DNA from: a virus
Taxonomy: Duplodnaviria > Caudoviricetes
IMG/VR virus record: IMGVR_UViG_3300033073_000410
Coordinates: 1-64,000 of that record
Direction: 5' to 3' (one strand)
DNA length: 64,000 nucleotides
The notes under the pieces are model-generated. The model had not been told where the DNA came from. It did no database searches and saw only the letters and a program-made list of their open reading frames with translations. Positions 27,010-36,045 of the stretch are shown here, piece by piece. The position numbers were made by a program, and so were the translations under genes. Numbering within the stretch: the first letter of the stretch is position 1; each line of letters begins with the position of its first letter.

Positions 27010-29736
27010 TTACCCGAACGTAAACAAATCGTCAAATGTTGACTTCACATCGGTGTTCTCACGAATTTGCCAATCTAACACACCAAGCAAGTTGTCAATC
27101 TTTTCATCAACAAGTGTTTGCTCCATTGCGTCATCATCGAATGGTAACTCTTTGAACCAATCAGGCAATCTAAGTTCATCAGTTGGGTATGCTACACTAG
27201 TAAAGCCTAATGGATTGGGCTTAAGTTTACACACGATAATCTTCATACCGTCAACAATTTTCATAGAATAATTGTCGCCATGAAGTTTACGCAAGTAGTT
27301 GTAGTTCAATGCCGCACGAACGTGTCCGGGCATATTCTCACGACCCTTCTTACTGTTAGCTTCTAGGTCACCATAGTATGTGAGTTTGTTAACTCCCTTA
27401 GGTGAACCTTTAGTCCAACTTTCTTGTGCAGCCAACACACGCTTGAATTCTTTTACTTTCGTAATTACTTCATCACGTTGTTTACCATCTTGAATCACCA
27501 TACACAATACATCCATTAAGAATTCTTGTACATACTTAGGTGTATCAGCACGTTTCAAGTCAAGACCCATAGCCTTAACATCACCCTTCTTACCGTCTTT
27601 GTCTTTGCGTTTACCTTCTTTGTCAAAGATGTTAATCGCATAACGTTTCTTTGTAATAAAGATAGAACGGTCGCCAATCAATTCACGTCCAGCTTTAATG
27701 ATTGCCCCATTCTTACGTGGTGCATGAAATGCCTTCTCCATGAATCCCGGGAAACTTTCGTTGGCTTCATCGGCAATTGAATCATATAACCCAATGCACA
27801 AATCTTTATCCCACGCTAGTCCTCCAGCTTCGATTTGTTCCTTAAGCGTGTTAAACGCACTAAAATAGCAACTATCAGTATCGCCGTATACAATTGCATC
27901 CCCTTCATGTGTATATTCACCAGTCACAGTTTGATTGATTTGGCTCATCATATGTTTAACAATCTGACGACCACTCAATGTAACTGATTGACCAATACGT
28001 TTGTCGTAAAAACGACAATGCTCATTCAACAAAGCGCCGTATGCTGAGTTAAGCAAAATCTTACGAACCAATTGACGCTTATCGTAATATGCGAATAGTT
28101 CTTTATCACCTGCCGCATCTGCTTCTTTAGCTTTTGCTTGTGTTTCTTTACGTTCTGAGTACCAACGTGATAACAAACCAGGTACAACACCCTCTTTCTC
28201 ATAAGAGAAGATTGTGCCATTCGCTGAAAGCATCCATGGTCGATGACTATCAAACACCATCTTCCATATTTCAGCCGCAGACATTTCTACGCTTCTGCCA
28301 TCTTCATAGTCAACAGTTAACATAGTGCCACGTTCTTGTGACATAATAGCTGTATACTCTAAAGCACCAAACAAACCTTCCCATAAGATTGCACCTTCAA
28401 CTGCATCATCGCCATCTTTGTAGCGTTTCTTTTTCATTGCTAAGGTCAATCCCTTTTTCTTCATGTACTCGTCTGTGAGGGTCTGTCTAACTTGGGCAAC
28501 AATAGTCTCGCCCGCCATGTTGAGTGCTCTAATGACTGACGGGTATAGTGAGTTGATGTCAACTGCCCCGACCCATTCGTGCATACCCCTTTTGGGAGTA
28601 GCAACGAAGGCACCTGCCGCTTGCTGTGATTCTTCTTCATTCTCGACCTTTCGTTTTTTATCTGGAACAACTAATCCTCGTTCATGTGCTTCGTTATAAA
28701 TTGCCATTTCAATCATAGCAACTGAACCCATAACTGTTGGCAAGAGAACTGTGTTCTCGTGTGCTAGTGCGTTAGCCAACTCTAAGAATTTTGTTTTGTT
28801 GTGAATTTTAACCAACAACATAGTATCTTGTCTGTTGTATTCTAAGAACTTAAACCAGTCCTTGTTATACAATTGGTCAAGAGTACCTTCATATTGTGTT
28901 TTGTTTTCACCGACTTCCATCTCACCGATAGCGTCTAGTTTGTAACTATGGCGTGATTCGTAGTTATACTTTTTGTACAACTGCAAATAGTCCATGTGAA
29001 TGCGACCAACTAAGTCGTATGTTTGTTCTTCTTTACCGAAACGTTCGTACATACGAGGCTTAGGTAGTTGACCCATCAAGCAGAACTTGCGAGTATCGTC
29101 TTTGCTCATTACTCGTGTAACTCTGTTGACCATGTATGGAATATCATAGCCTTCTGAGTTCCAACCAGTCATAACGTCAGCATCTTCAATCAACTGGAAG
29201 AATGTTTCAAACATATCTGTCTCGTTATCAAAGACTAAACAGTTTTCAAATTGGCTTGCAATTTCTTGTGCTGTTTCTTTAGTCATGTGCTTAGGTGGGA
29301 TACACAATGTTACCAATGTGTCTTGCCAATCTAAGTAACAACTGATAGCTGTAACAGGATTGAATGGGTCACTTGTAGGACTGAAACCCTTTTCTGGATC
29401 AAAGTCTACTTCAATGTCAAAGAAACAAGTGTGTAGTTTAGGTGGCTCAACACCTAAATAGTTTTCTGAAAGACAACGGAATACAACGTTAACATCGCTC
29501 TCGTAAAGTGTTTTACCAGAATAGATCCTACGTTCTTTCTCAAACTCAGCACGTTTCCTAGTACTGAATCTACTTACAGGGTTGCCGTAAATGCTTCGTT
29601 GTTTACCCTTTTGGTCATCATAATAGAATACATAGTTTGCAGGGTATTCTTTATATGTTCGTTGACCTTCAGGTGTTCTTTCTACAACGTAGATACGGTC
29701 TTCATCCCTGCTATGAATAGCATCTACGTAACTCAA
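27010..29736 (-). CDS. Family B DNA polymerase (gp43-like)
   Basis: Exo FDIE, GWN..YDIPY, YN.QD; Pol DINSLYPS, KILLNSAYG, YGDTDS, KKRY; no intein. Confidence 0.97.
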   Translation of the reverse strand: MSYVDAIHSRDEDRIYVVERTPEGQRTYKEYPANYVFYYDDQKGKQRSIYGNPVSRFSTRKRAEFEKERRIYSGKTLYESDVNVVFRCLSENYLGVEPPKLHTCFFDIEVDFDPEKGFSPTSDPFNPVTAISCYLDWQDTLVTLCIPPKHMTKETAQEIASQFENCLVFDNETDMFETFFQLIEDADVMTGWNSEGYDIPYMVNRVTRVMSKDDTRKFCLMGQLPKPRMYERFGKEEQTYDLVGRIHMDYLQLYKKYNYESRHSYKLDAIGEMEVGENKTQYEGTLDQLYNKDWFKFLEYNRQDTMLLVKIHNKTKFLELANALAHENTVLLPTVMGSVAMIEMAIYNEAHERGLVVPDKKRKVENEEESQQAAGAFVATPKRGMHEWVGAVDINSLYPSVIRALNMAGETIVAQVRQTLTDEYMKKKGLTLAMKKKRYKDGDDAVEGAILWEGLFGALEYTAIMSQERGTMLTVDYEDGRSVEMSAAEIWKMVFDSHRPWMLSANGTIFSYEKEGVVPGLLSRWYSERKETQAKAKEADAAGDKELFAYYDKRQLVRKILLNSAYGALLNEHCRFYDKRIGQSVTLSGRQIVKHMMSQINQTVTGEYTHEGDAIVYGDTDSCYFSAFNTLKEQIEAGGLAWDKDLCIGLYDSIADEANESFPGFMEKAFHAPRKNGAIIKAGRELIGDRSIFITKKRYAINIFDKEGKRKDKDGKKGDVKAMGLDLKRADTPKYVQEFLMDVLCMVIQDGKQRDEVITKVKEFKRVLAAQESWTKGSPKGVNKLTYYGDLEANSKKGRENMPGHVRAALNYNYLRKLHGDNYSMKIVDGMKIIVCKLKPNPLGFTSVAYPTDELRLPDWFKELPFDDDAMEQTLVDEKIDNLLGVLDWQIRENTDVKSTFDDLFTFG

Positions 29737-29993
29737 ATTGTTTTACCTACTGTTTCCAAAATAGTATTGAGTTCCTCGTTCTCTTGGTTTGTTTGTGTTA
29801 AGCTGGCCTTGTGTGCGACACGGATGGCTTTCTTCAATACAGATGGCTTAACTTCCAATTCTTCTGCGATTGCTTTTACTGTATCGTTCAATCCCTCGTT
29901 AAGGGTATCGATTTCATGTAAGACGGTCATGCCCTCATTAATCAACTGTGTTAATTTGATTTTTTGGTCGCCGCTAAACATCTTTGCTGTCAT
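29733..29993 (-). CDS. dsDNA-binding protein (T4 DsbA/GapR-like)
   Basis: Helical ..LNEGLNDTVKAIAEELEVKPSVLKKAIR..HK; beside the polymerase. Confidence 0.6.
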   Translation of the reverse strand: MTAKMFSGDQKIKLTQLINEGMTVLHEIDTLNEGLNDTVKAIAEELEVKPSVLKKAIRVAHKASLTQTNQENEELNTILETVGKTI

Positions 29994-30017
29994 ATATATT
30001 CTCCTAAAGAAGTAGTT

Positions 30018-30046
30018 AGTATATATGAACTGCGTAACAAAGTCAA
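30018..30046 (-). promoter_or_regulatory. sigma70 promoter of the replication operon
   Basis: TTGACT-N17-TATACT. Confidence 0.7.
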
Positions 30047-30072
30047 ACTTTTTACGTAACTAGTTTAACCGT

Positions 30073-30489
30073 TTAGTACTCGTTGTACCCTTTATGACCT
30101 TTTGGTAGGATGTGTTTACTTTGTCCTGATTGATTCCAACTGCGCCACATTCTTTCACCTTGGTCTGTTTGATTCCAACTAGGTATAATGTCGTTACCTA
30201 ACATCTTAGCATAAGCATACATGTTAGTAGCGATGCCTTGACCTTCGTATTCTTCTTTAACCCATGTGTTTGCGCTAATCAATGCTTTATCATGTGGTTC
30301 TTCAATGAACTCAGCGTTAGCAATCTCTTTGTTACCATCGTATGCTTTGATGGTAAGTTGGTTGCCATAACCACTGTCATTATCTACTTCGGCAGTATAA
30401 CGATACCCATGCATCTCTACCTCATGTTTGAATTCAGAGTTGTAGATATCTGGATTGATTTCTTCGTTGATAAATTCGTTAGCTCTCAT
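30073..30489 (-). CDS. GNAT-fold protein with putative capsid-targeting N-terminus
   Basis: MRANEFINE; V.EEYEGQGIATNMY...QT.QG..MW. Confidence 0.7.
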   Translation of the reverse strand: MRANEFINEEINPDIYNSEFKHEVEMHGYRYTAEVDNDSGYGNQLTIKAYDGNKEIANAEFIEEPHDKALISANTWVKEEYEGQGIATNMYAYAKMLGNDIIPSWNQTDQGERMWRSWNQSGQSKHILPKGHKGYNEY

Positions 30490-31205
30490 TTTACTATTGG
30501 GTTTCCGTATACTTGCTCACGTATACGTGAGTTACCAGCGTTGCGCTCGTAGTTCCCATTTTGGTCAAGCATCTTTAAGTCTGAGTCTGGGAACAATGTG
30601 TTCAATATACGTTCATCAGTGACTGGTTGCATACCTAACTTACCTAATGTCCTAGCCATTGCATCGCTTGATTCAATCCACGTGCCTGGCTTGCCTAACA
30701 AAGCCTTTACACGTTGAATTACTTTTTGTTTCGATTCTGTTTTACCATCATGACCGATGCCTTGAATTTTGTAACCGCGCCAATGTTCGTTTGGTCTTGC
30801 TTTGCGATAGAATACTGTGCAATCTAAATCGGGTTGAGGATCCCAATCTAATGCAACCCAATCACTTGCTGCCACTTCACTAGCACTGTTTACAAAACTA
30901 CCTAGACTTGTATTTTGGTATGCATTGTTAACTAGTTGAATAAGATTATCTGACCATTGATGTTTATCAGGATCAGCTATTATCAATGCCCAACGATTCT
31001 TAATCAAATCATTGTTAGTTTTCTCTACTAACTCTTCACCGGTAACTCGTTGTAAAAGTTCCCATGCGGCTTCTTGGTCACCTTGAGCAAGAAATTGTTT
31101 CATTTCAGCTTTTTCTTCCGGCGTAGCTACTTTGAAGAACTTCATCATCTCCATCATGCCTATATTACCTTCGTAACGTGCTTCTGAAAATTCTCTTGCT
31201 CTCAT
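30486..31205 (-). CDS. Putative head-internal protein (GNAT-like second domain)
   Basis: MRAREFSE|A; YEGNIG.ME...F module; internal LVE linker; K..G.GHDG...W.E.S. Confidence 0.6.
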   Translation of the reverse strand: MRAREFSEARYEGNIGMMEMMKFFKVATPEEKAEMKQFLAQGDQEAAWELLQRVTGEELVEKTNNDLIKNRWALIIADPDKHQWSDNLIQLVNNAYQNTSLGSFVNSASEVAASDWVALDWDPQPDLDCTVFYRKARPNEHWRGYKIQGIGHDGKTESKQKVIQRVKALLGKPGTWIESSDAMARTLGKLGMQPVTDERILNTLFPDSDLKMLDQNGNYERNAGNSRIREQVYGNPIVK

Positions 31206-31882
31206 CTTGACGCAACCTTAACTGGTTTACCTGGCTTGATTGGCTTAACGTTTAATGCATGTTGCCAATCTTTTGCTTTTTGTTCACGATTCTTTTGACC
31301 CTTTAAGCCAGGGTTAATATGTTTAGTAACTTGTTTAGTATCATTAAAGTTCTTTGCTTTAGGATGGACAAACGTCATCCAATACCAAATACTACTCAAT
31401 GCTGCCGCTGTTGGTGTAGCAACTAAATCAGGTTGCTTAACAAAGTCGATTGGATGACTAATGTACTTACTAATCCATTCACCTGCTTTTTGATAGTTGT
31501 ACTTACCAGTCAACTGAATGTAGCCACGACCACGATACTTAATGCCATCGCCTGGTTGTGTATTGCCTAACTGTTTTGCTTTTTCTGGATTGTATTGTAT
31601 GTCGTACTTTTTAGCAAAACGTTCAGGTGAACCGTATTCTTCCATTGCTTTAAAGTTGTCACTTTCATGGGCGCACTGTGCCATGAACGCGGCTAGTTCT
31701 TTTGGGTTAGTAATAAATTTCTTTGCCCAGTTCATTAGTAATTCTACTTTAGGGTTATTAGCAACTGGTTGTGGATTAACTTTTGCCTGAGCAGCACCTG
31801 ATGCAGCCATTGCACCGGCACCTAATGCACCCAAGAATCCTCGGCGTGACATATCCTCAGTGATAATCTCATTTATTCTCAT
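31202..31882 (-). CDS. Glycoside hydrolase family 19 lysozyme with capsid tag and Tat-like signal
   Basis: FMAQCAHES, LGN..PGDG.KYRGRG.IQLTG.YNY, WYW, INPG; N-terminus MRINEIITE-DMSRRGFLG...AQA. Confidence 0.88.
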   Translation of the reverse strand: MRINEIITEDMSRRGFLGALGAGAMAASGAAQAKVNPQPVANNPKVELLMNWAKKFITNPKELAAFMAQCAHESDNFKAMEEYGSPERFAKKYDIQYNPEKAKQLGNTQPGDGIKYRGRGYIQLTGKYNYQKAGEWISKYISHPIDFVKQPDLVATPTAAALSSIWYWMTFVHPKAKNFNDTKQVTKHINPGLKGQKNREQKAKDWQHALNVKPIKPGKPVKVASR

Positions 31883-32048
31883 TAATCATTCTCTTAATCA
31901 ATAACATCATTCTCAAAGGATCCTTGTTATATTGTCGTTTTACTAAATCTACTTTTATATCACGATTAGGATCATCGAACAAGTCGTCTGGTATATTTTT
32001 TAAGTTCTCTCTTATCTTATTGGAATATTTGGGGGTGTTGTTTGCCAT
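31869..32048 (-). CDS. Small hypothetical protein, 59 aa (not in the track)
   Basis: MANNTPKYSNKIRENLKNIPDDLFDDPNRD...; fills a gap. Confidence 0.4.
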   Translation of the reverse strand: MANNTPKYSNKIRENLKNIPDDLFDDPNRDIKVDLVKRQYNKDPLRMMLLIKRMINENK

Positions 32049-32610
32049 AAATCTTTATGTACTTTCCCGCCATCATGTCAGCCATTGCTTCAATGGGTGA
32101 TCCTGGATAACTATCACCAGGCTTAATCATATTCAATTGCCCTTGACGATGATGTGTCAACTCATGGAATATTGTTCGTAAGATATCTACGAGATTGCGA
32201 TTGCCAACATACACAGTAATGTTACCGTCATCAGTATGCACACCGGTGCGATGATTTGCTTGAGCCTCGGCTGTATCTGTACTAAAGTCAAACACAGGAT
32301 GTGGTTCTTGAATGTTTAGTTTCTGAATAGACCATTGAATAAAATGGTCGATAACTTGTTTCTCGTCTACAGATTCAACACCCTCGTCTAGTTCGTTATT
32401 ACGTTGCTTAATCTTCTTAATCCAAGCATCGGGAGTGCGGCCAAACTTGCGAACAAACAAGTCGTGTAGTTTGTCACCCGTAATATCATGCTTAACACTG
32501 ATTCTTGACATCAAATCGTCAATGGCATCATAGTCCACACGTTTGAGTGAGGGAAGCATCTTCGCTAGTTCGTCAGCGGCTGATTCTGATAAAAATTCTG
32601 TAGCTCTCAT
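32017..32610 (-). CDS. Zincin metallopeptidase-like protein with capsid tag
   Basis: MRATEFLSE; RTIFHELTHHRQ...E..A. Confidence 0.7.
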   Translation of the reverse strand: MRATEFLSESAADELAKMLPSLKRVDYDAIDDLMSRISVKHDITGDKLHDLFVRKFGRTPDAWIKKIKQRNNELDEGVESVDEKQVIDHFIQWSIQKLNIQEPHPVFDFSTDTAEAQANHRTGVHTDDGNITVYVGNRNLVDILRTIFHELTHHRQGQLNMIKPGDSYPGSPIEAMADMMAGKYIKIYGKQHPQIFQ

Positions 32611-32635
32611 ATTAATATTTATCGCAAATAGGAAA

Positions 32636-32726
32636 ATGCTCACTTTTGAGATTACGGTAGCGAATCGCTCTCTCAGCCCAGCAGCCGGGCCACTCTATAA
32701 CGCAAAGGTCCTAAGGTAGAGTGTTC
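32636..32726. ncRNA. Structured intergenic RNA candidate (three adjacent stems)
   Basis: TGAGA/TCTCA, GCCC/GGGC and CACTCTA/TAGAGTG stems in a GC-richer 90-nt gap. Confidence 0.5.
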
Positions 32727-34055
32727 TTACATGACAAATATCTTACCAACTGAACTTGATAATACATCGTCAAACATATACTGCATATCGTTAGCTAACA
32801 TTGATGTAGCATCTTGTCTTTCGGACTCGTCACGATATTCAGGCTTGATATTCAAATACCTGCTAGGGTTGCCCCAGTTTTTACGGCCATAACCCAAGTT
32901 AGCTGGTAATGGATTAAATGTTACTTGACCAGTACCTAGATACTGAGCGAAAATTTCATACAAGAATTCATATGGGCGCTTGATTTCACCACTACGACTA
33001 GAACGCTGTGTGCCGATAGCGTTGAACAATGCATTGTATTCTGGTGTCAAGTCACCTCTCATTGAGTTTGGAGTAACACCCATTCTACTTGGGCTTTGTT
33101 TACCATAGTAATCTTCTAGCATCCCGTTAACTGATGTGAAGAAATGCTTTTCAGCTTCGCCCCAAGTACTCCAACCACGATTAGTACGAACACCTGCTTG
33201 AATAGCATGACCAAATCTATGTGCCATGATCCATGGTGTCATCATTACTTTACTATCACCACTGTTACCTACGAATACTACAGTGATAGCATCTTCACTA
33301 CCTTCAATAATTGGTTGTGCTTGTTGGCCAAACATCTGTTGAAGTTGCTCACTGGAGACTGGGCCAGTTTCGCTATACTTCCCTGTGCCGGGGATGTTAC
33401 TAAAGAACAATCTAAAATCGTACGGAGTCTTTTCAAAGAACTTTTGCGTCTTTAATTGATTAGTGGGGTGAGGTACTAGACGTTTATCTACACCCTTAAA
33501 TGGACCTGGCTTATTAAAGTCACCCATTGGAGTGAACTGTTGTAAAGCCATCTCATCAGTAATTTCTTCACTAATCTTGTTCTCTGGTTTGTCATATGCT
33601 CTACGGTCAGTTAAGTGATATTCCATACCATTGTGTTCAGTGTATTTTTGATACAAGTCCCATGTAGGTAATAGACGTTTAATCATCTTAGCATATAATG
33701 CAATGCGACTATTTTCTTTTGCACTGAATGTGATTTCTTCTACTTTATCAAGTCCGTAATCTTGTAAAAATGCTCTAGTGATATCAACAGCAGTTGATAA
33801 TACTTCTGCTGAATTGCCGGTGCCAGTTGTACCAAACAAGTCTAAATCTTCAGGGTCGTCTTGGTTTCGTATTAAACGGAACTGCATCTCCCACTTAGTA
33901 GGATTACCTATACGAACATGTGAATAGGCATGCCATTGATATGTTCTATCACCTACTGTGAAATCAGCAGTTGCTTCTTCACTACCGCGGTGTCGCCACT
34001 TCCAGTTTGTCTTACCTGGAGCGAATACCTCAGTGATGAATTCACTTGCTCTCAT
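32727..34055 (-). CDS. Two-domain putative head-internal protein
   Basis: MRASEFITE; internal ISE/ITDE linker; C-domain MTPWIMAHRFGHA...YE..AQY (zincin-like HxxxH). Confidence 0.65.
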   Translation of the reverse strand: MRASEFITEVFAPGKTNWKWRHRGSEEATADFTVGDRTYQWHAYSHVRIGNPTKWEMQFRLIRNQDDPEDLDLFGTTGTGNSAEVLSTAVDITRAFLQDYGLDKVEEITFSAKENSRIALYAKMIKRLLPTWDLYQKYTEHNGMEYHLTDRRAYDKPENKISEEITDEMALQQFTPMGDFNKPGPFKGVDKRLVPHPTNQLKTQKFFEKTPYDFRLFFSNIPGTGKYSETGPVSSEQLQQMFGQQAQPIIEGSEDAITVVFVGNSGDSKVMMTPWIMAHRFGHAIQAGVRTNRGWSTWGEAEKHFFTSVNGMLEDYYGKQSPSRMGVTPNSMRGDLTPEYNALFNAIGTQRSSRSGEIKRPYEFLYEIFAQYLGTGQVTFNPLPANLGYGRKNWGNPSRYLNIKPEYRDESERQDATSMLANDMQYMFDDVLSSSVGKIFVM

Positions 34056-34495
34056 TACTCACGTTCTTTCTTTAAGATAGAACGAATGAACCACGCTTTC
34101 TTAGCATACAAGTCTTGTAGTTCAGCCAAGAAGTTTGCAATGCCTTGTTGCTTCTCATTAGTTGCTTCATCAAACATAGCAACAACTAACTGCAACATTT
34201 TATCAGTATCTTGTAATGTTTCGACAAACATTAACTCAGCACGAGGAATCTTTACTTGGTCTTCAATGATACTCAATTCAGCATAGCGTTGTAAGCTACC
34301 GGGAGTATAGTGACCTAAGATTCTAATGTATTCAGCAATGCGGTCAATTGTACCGTCTACATCACCGTATAGTGAATCATAGAATGCATGGTATTGCGGG
34401 AAGTTTGAACCCTCAATGTTCCAATGAAAGTTCTGTGATTTGATAGCAAAACTTTGTGTACTTGCTAGTAATACTTTTAGATTGTCTGATAACAT
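34055..34495 (-). CDS. dps: Dps / ferritin-like DNA protection protein
   Basis: HWNIEG.NF..YH...D.IAE.IR.LG; K.AW. Confidence 0.88.
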   Translation of the reverse strand: MLSDNLKVLLASTQSFAIKSQNFHWNIEGSNFPQYHAFYDSLYGDVDGTIDRIAEYIRILGHYTPGSLQRYAELSIIEDQVKIPRAELMFVETLQDTDKMLQLVVAMFDEATNEKQQGIANFLAELQDLYAKKAWFIRSILKKERE

Positions 34496-34564
34496 AATTA
34501 TTTCTGAGGTTGTGGGGGAGGACTACCCTTACGATTCCAATAGAATTCAAAGTAGTCCATGTAT

Positions 34565-36043
34565 TTAGTGTCTCAACAATAGTGTTGATAGAACGTTCTG
34601 GTCGTTAGCACTTACATCACCTTCACCAGGTGCAACAATAACATTGTACTTCATGCCACCAACTTTACCTTTACCCATGTACTCATCATATGATAATATA
34701 CTTGATGGGCTGATATTGTATGCATCGGCTAAACGTTGTTTCAATTGTTTCAATGCTTCTGGACTAGCAACTTGCCATTGACCATCTGGTCCTTTAGCCA
34801 AGTTACCCTTGCTATCTTTAGCCAATAAGTCATAGAATAGTTTTTCAGGAACAATGCGACTATTCTTAGTTGTTTCTAGATTAGGATCACTTGCCTTAAC
34901 TTGTTTCTCTTGGCTAGTGTTAGCACCTTCACTCCAGTTGATAATGAAGTTGTCTGGCTTCTTAGCTAATGCGGCACCAGCCATCTTAGTATAAGCATAG
35001 AACTTAGTGTCTGGATGTTGTGCTGCCATCTTCAACGCTAAGTCTAGGTATTCAGGACTAAAGAAGTCACCAGCGTCATGCCAACGAACTGTTACGTCCC
35101 AGCCACCTGGGAATTTCTTATCACCCTTTTTACCAGCAGCTTCTTCGTGTGCAATTTCGCTACTAAGTTGTTTAAAGAATCCATCCGGATCATTCAACAA
35201 GTATGTTAAGATGCGACCGTCACTAACCCAAGCATTCTTGAATTGAACTTTACCACCCTTCATAGCGAAGCAATCAACTTTACATGAACCAGCACCTGGA
35301 CATGTGTTTACTACAATTAGTTTGCCAGTAGATTCATCTACAGCGATACCAGTTAAAGCTGCAAAGCCAACGTTAAAGAATTGTTCAAACTCACCGTTTG
35401 AATGCTTCATCTTTTCGTTTTGCTTTAATAACTTCTTTGGACGTGTTTTCAATGCGTTGATAACATCTTCTTCACGATATCTTTTACCTTGCTCGTCATA
35501 GTAAGTGATTACACTTGAGCGATGCATGTATGGCAATTTAAACTTGTCAGTTTTAGTCTTACCACTAATGTACTTTTCTTCACCCGGTGTAACTTCACCA
35601 GTCTTCTTATTGACTTTATCTTTACTAACTTTGACTTTACCAGTCTTCTTGTCAATGTCAGGCGTACCTTGAATACGAGTCATATAGTCTTGGAACTCTT
35701 GTCCACCGAACTCACGTTGAGGTGCATCTAACTTAGTAGCTTCATCTACTGGCTTAGTAAAGCCTTGATACGCACCTTTAACTGCACCAGTAACACCGCC
35801 TATTACTTTCTTACCAACTTGTGACATGAAAGAAGGACGCTCTTTAGGCTGAGTTAAACTATCAATAGTCTTACGTGCGTTAGCTTGTGCATCACGTTGC
35901 ACATCAGCCATTGAGTATGCTTCATCTACTTCATCTTCATCGCCGGCTTGGCTGACGAATTGATCCATGCTCATTACTTTAACGCCTTGAACAGCTCCGG
36001 GTAGTTTTGGCGTTGCGCCTTCAAATAGTTCTTGAAATTTCAT
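34565..36043 (-). CDS. Capsid-tagged protein with C-terminal Gp88-like (radical-SAM-like Fe-S) domain
   Basis: MKFQELFE; VDE|A linkers; TCPGAGSCKVDCFA, VRWHDAGDFFS, FYAYTK. Confidence 0.7.
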   Translation of the reverse strand: MKFQELFEGATPKLPGAVQGVKVMSMDQFVSQAGDEDEVDEAYSMADVQRDAQANARKTIDSLTQPKERPSFMSQVGKKVIGGVTGAVKGAYQGFTKPVDEATKLDAPQREFGGQEFQDYMTRIQGTPDIDKKTGKVKVSKDKVNKKTGEVTPGEEKYISGKTKTDKFKLPYMHRSSVITYYDEQGKRYREEDVINALKTRPKKLLKQNEKMKHSNGEFEQFFNVGFAALTGIAVDESTGKLIVVNTCPGAGSCKVDCFAMKGGKVQFKNAWVSDGRILTYLLNDPDGFFKQLSSEIAHEEAAGKKGDKKFPGGWDVTVRWHDAGDFFSPEYLDLALKMAAQHPDTKFYAYTKMAGAALAKKPDNFIINWSEGANTSQEKQVKASDPNLETTKNSRIVPEKLFYDLLAKDSKGNLAKGPDGQWQVASPEALKQLKQRLADAYNISPSSILSYDEYMGKGKVGGMKYNVIVAPGEGDVSANDQNVLSTLLLRH

Positions 36044-36045
36044 AA

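Noticed and set aside
27010-29736. Intein or intron in the DNA polymerase
   Set aside because: The 908-aa ORF is continuous with normal motif spacing and has no splice-junction motifs.
32700-32726. Canonical twister ribozyme call from GGTCCTAAG
   Set aside because: I could not identify the P1/L1 cleavage-site elements or pseudoknot partners; reported only as an unassigned structure.
34496-34560. ORF starting at ATG 34560 (MDYFEFYW...)
   Set aside because: It overlaps dps out of frame, has no SD and lies too close to the TAAATA motif; more likely the dps leader.
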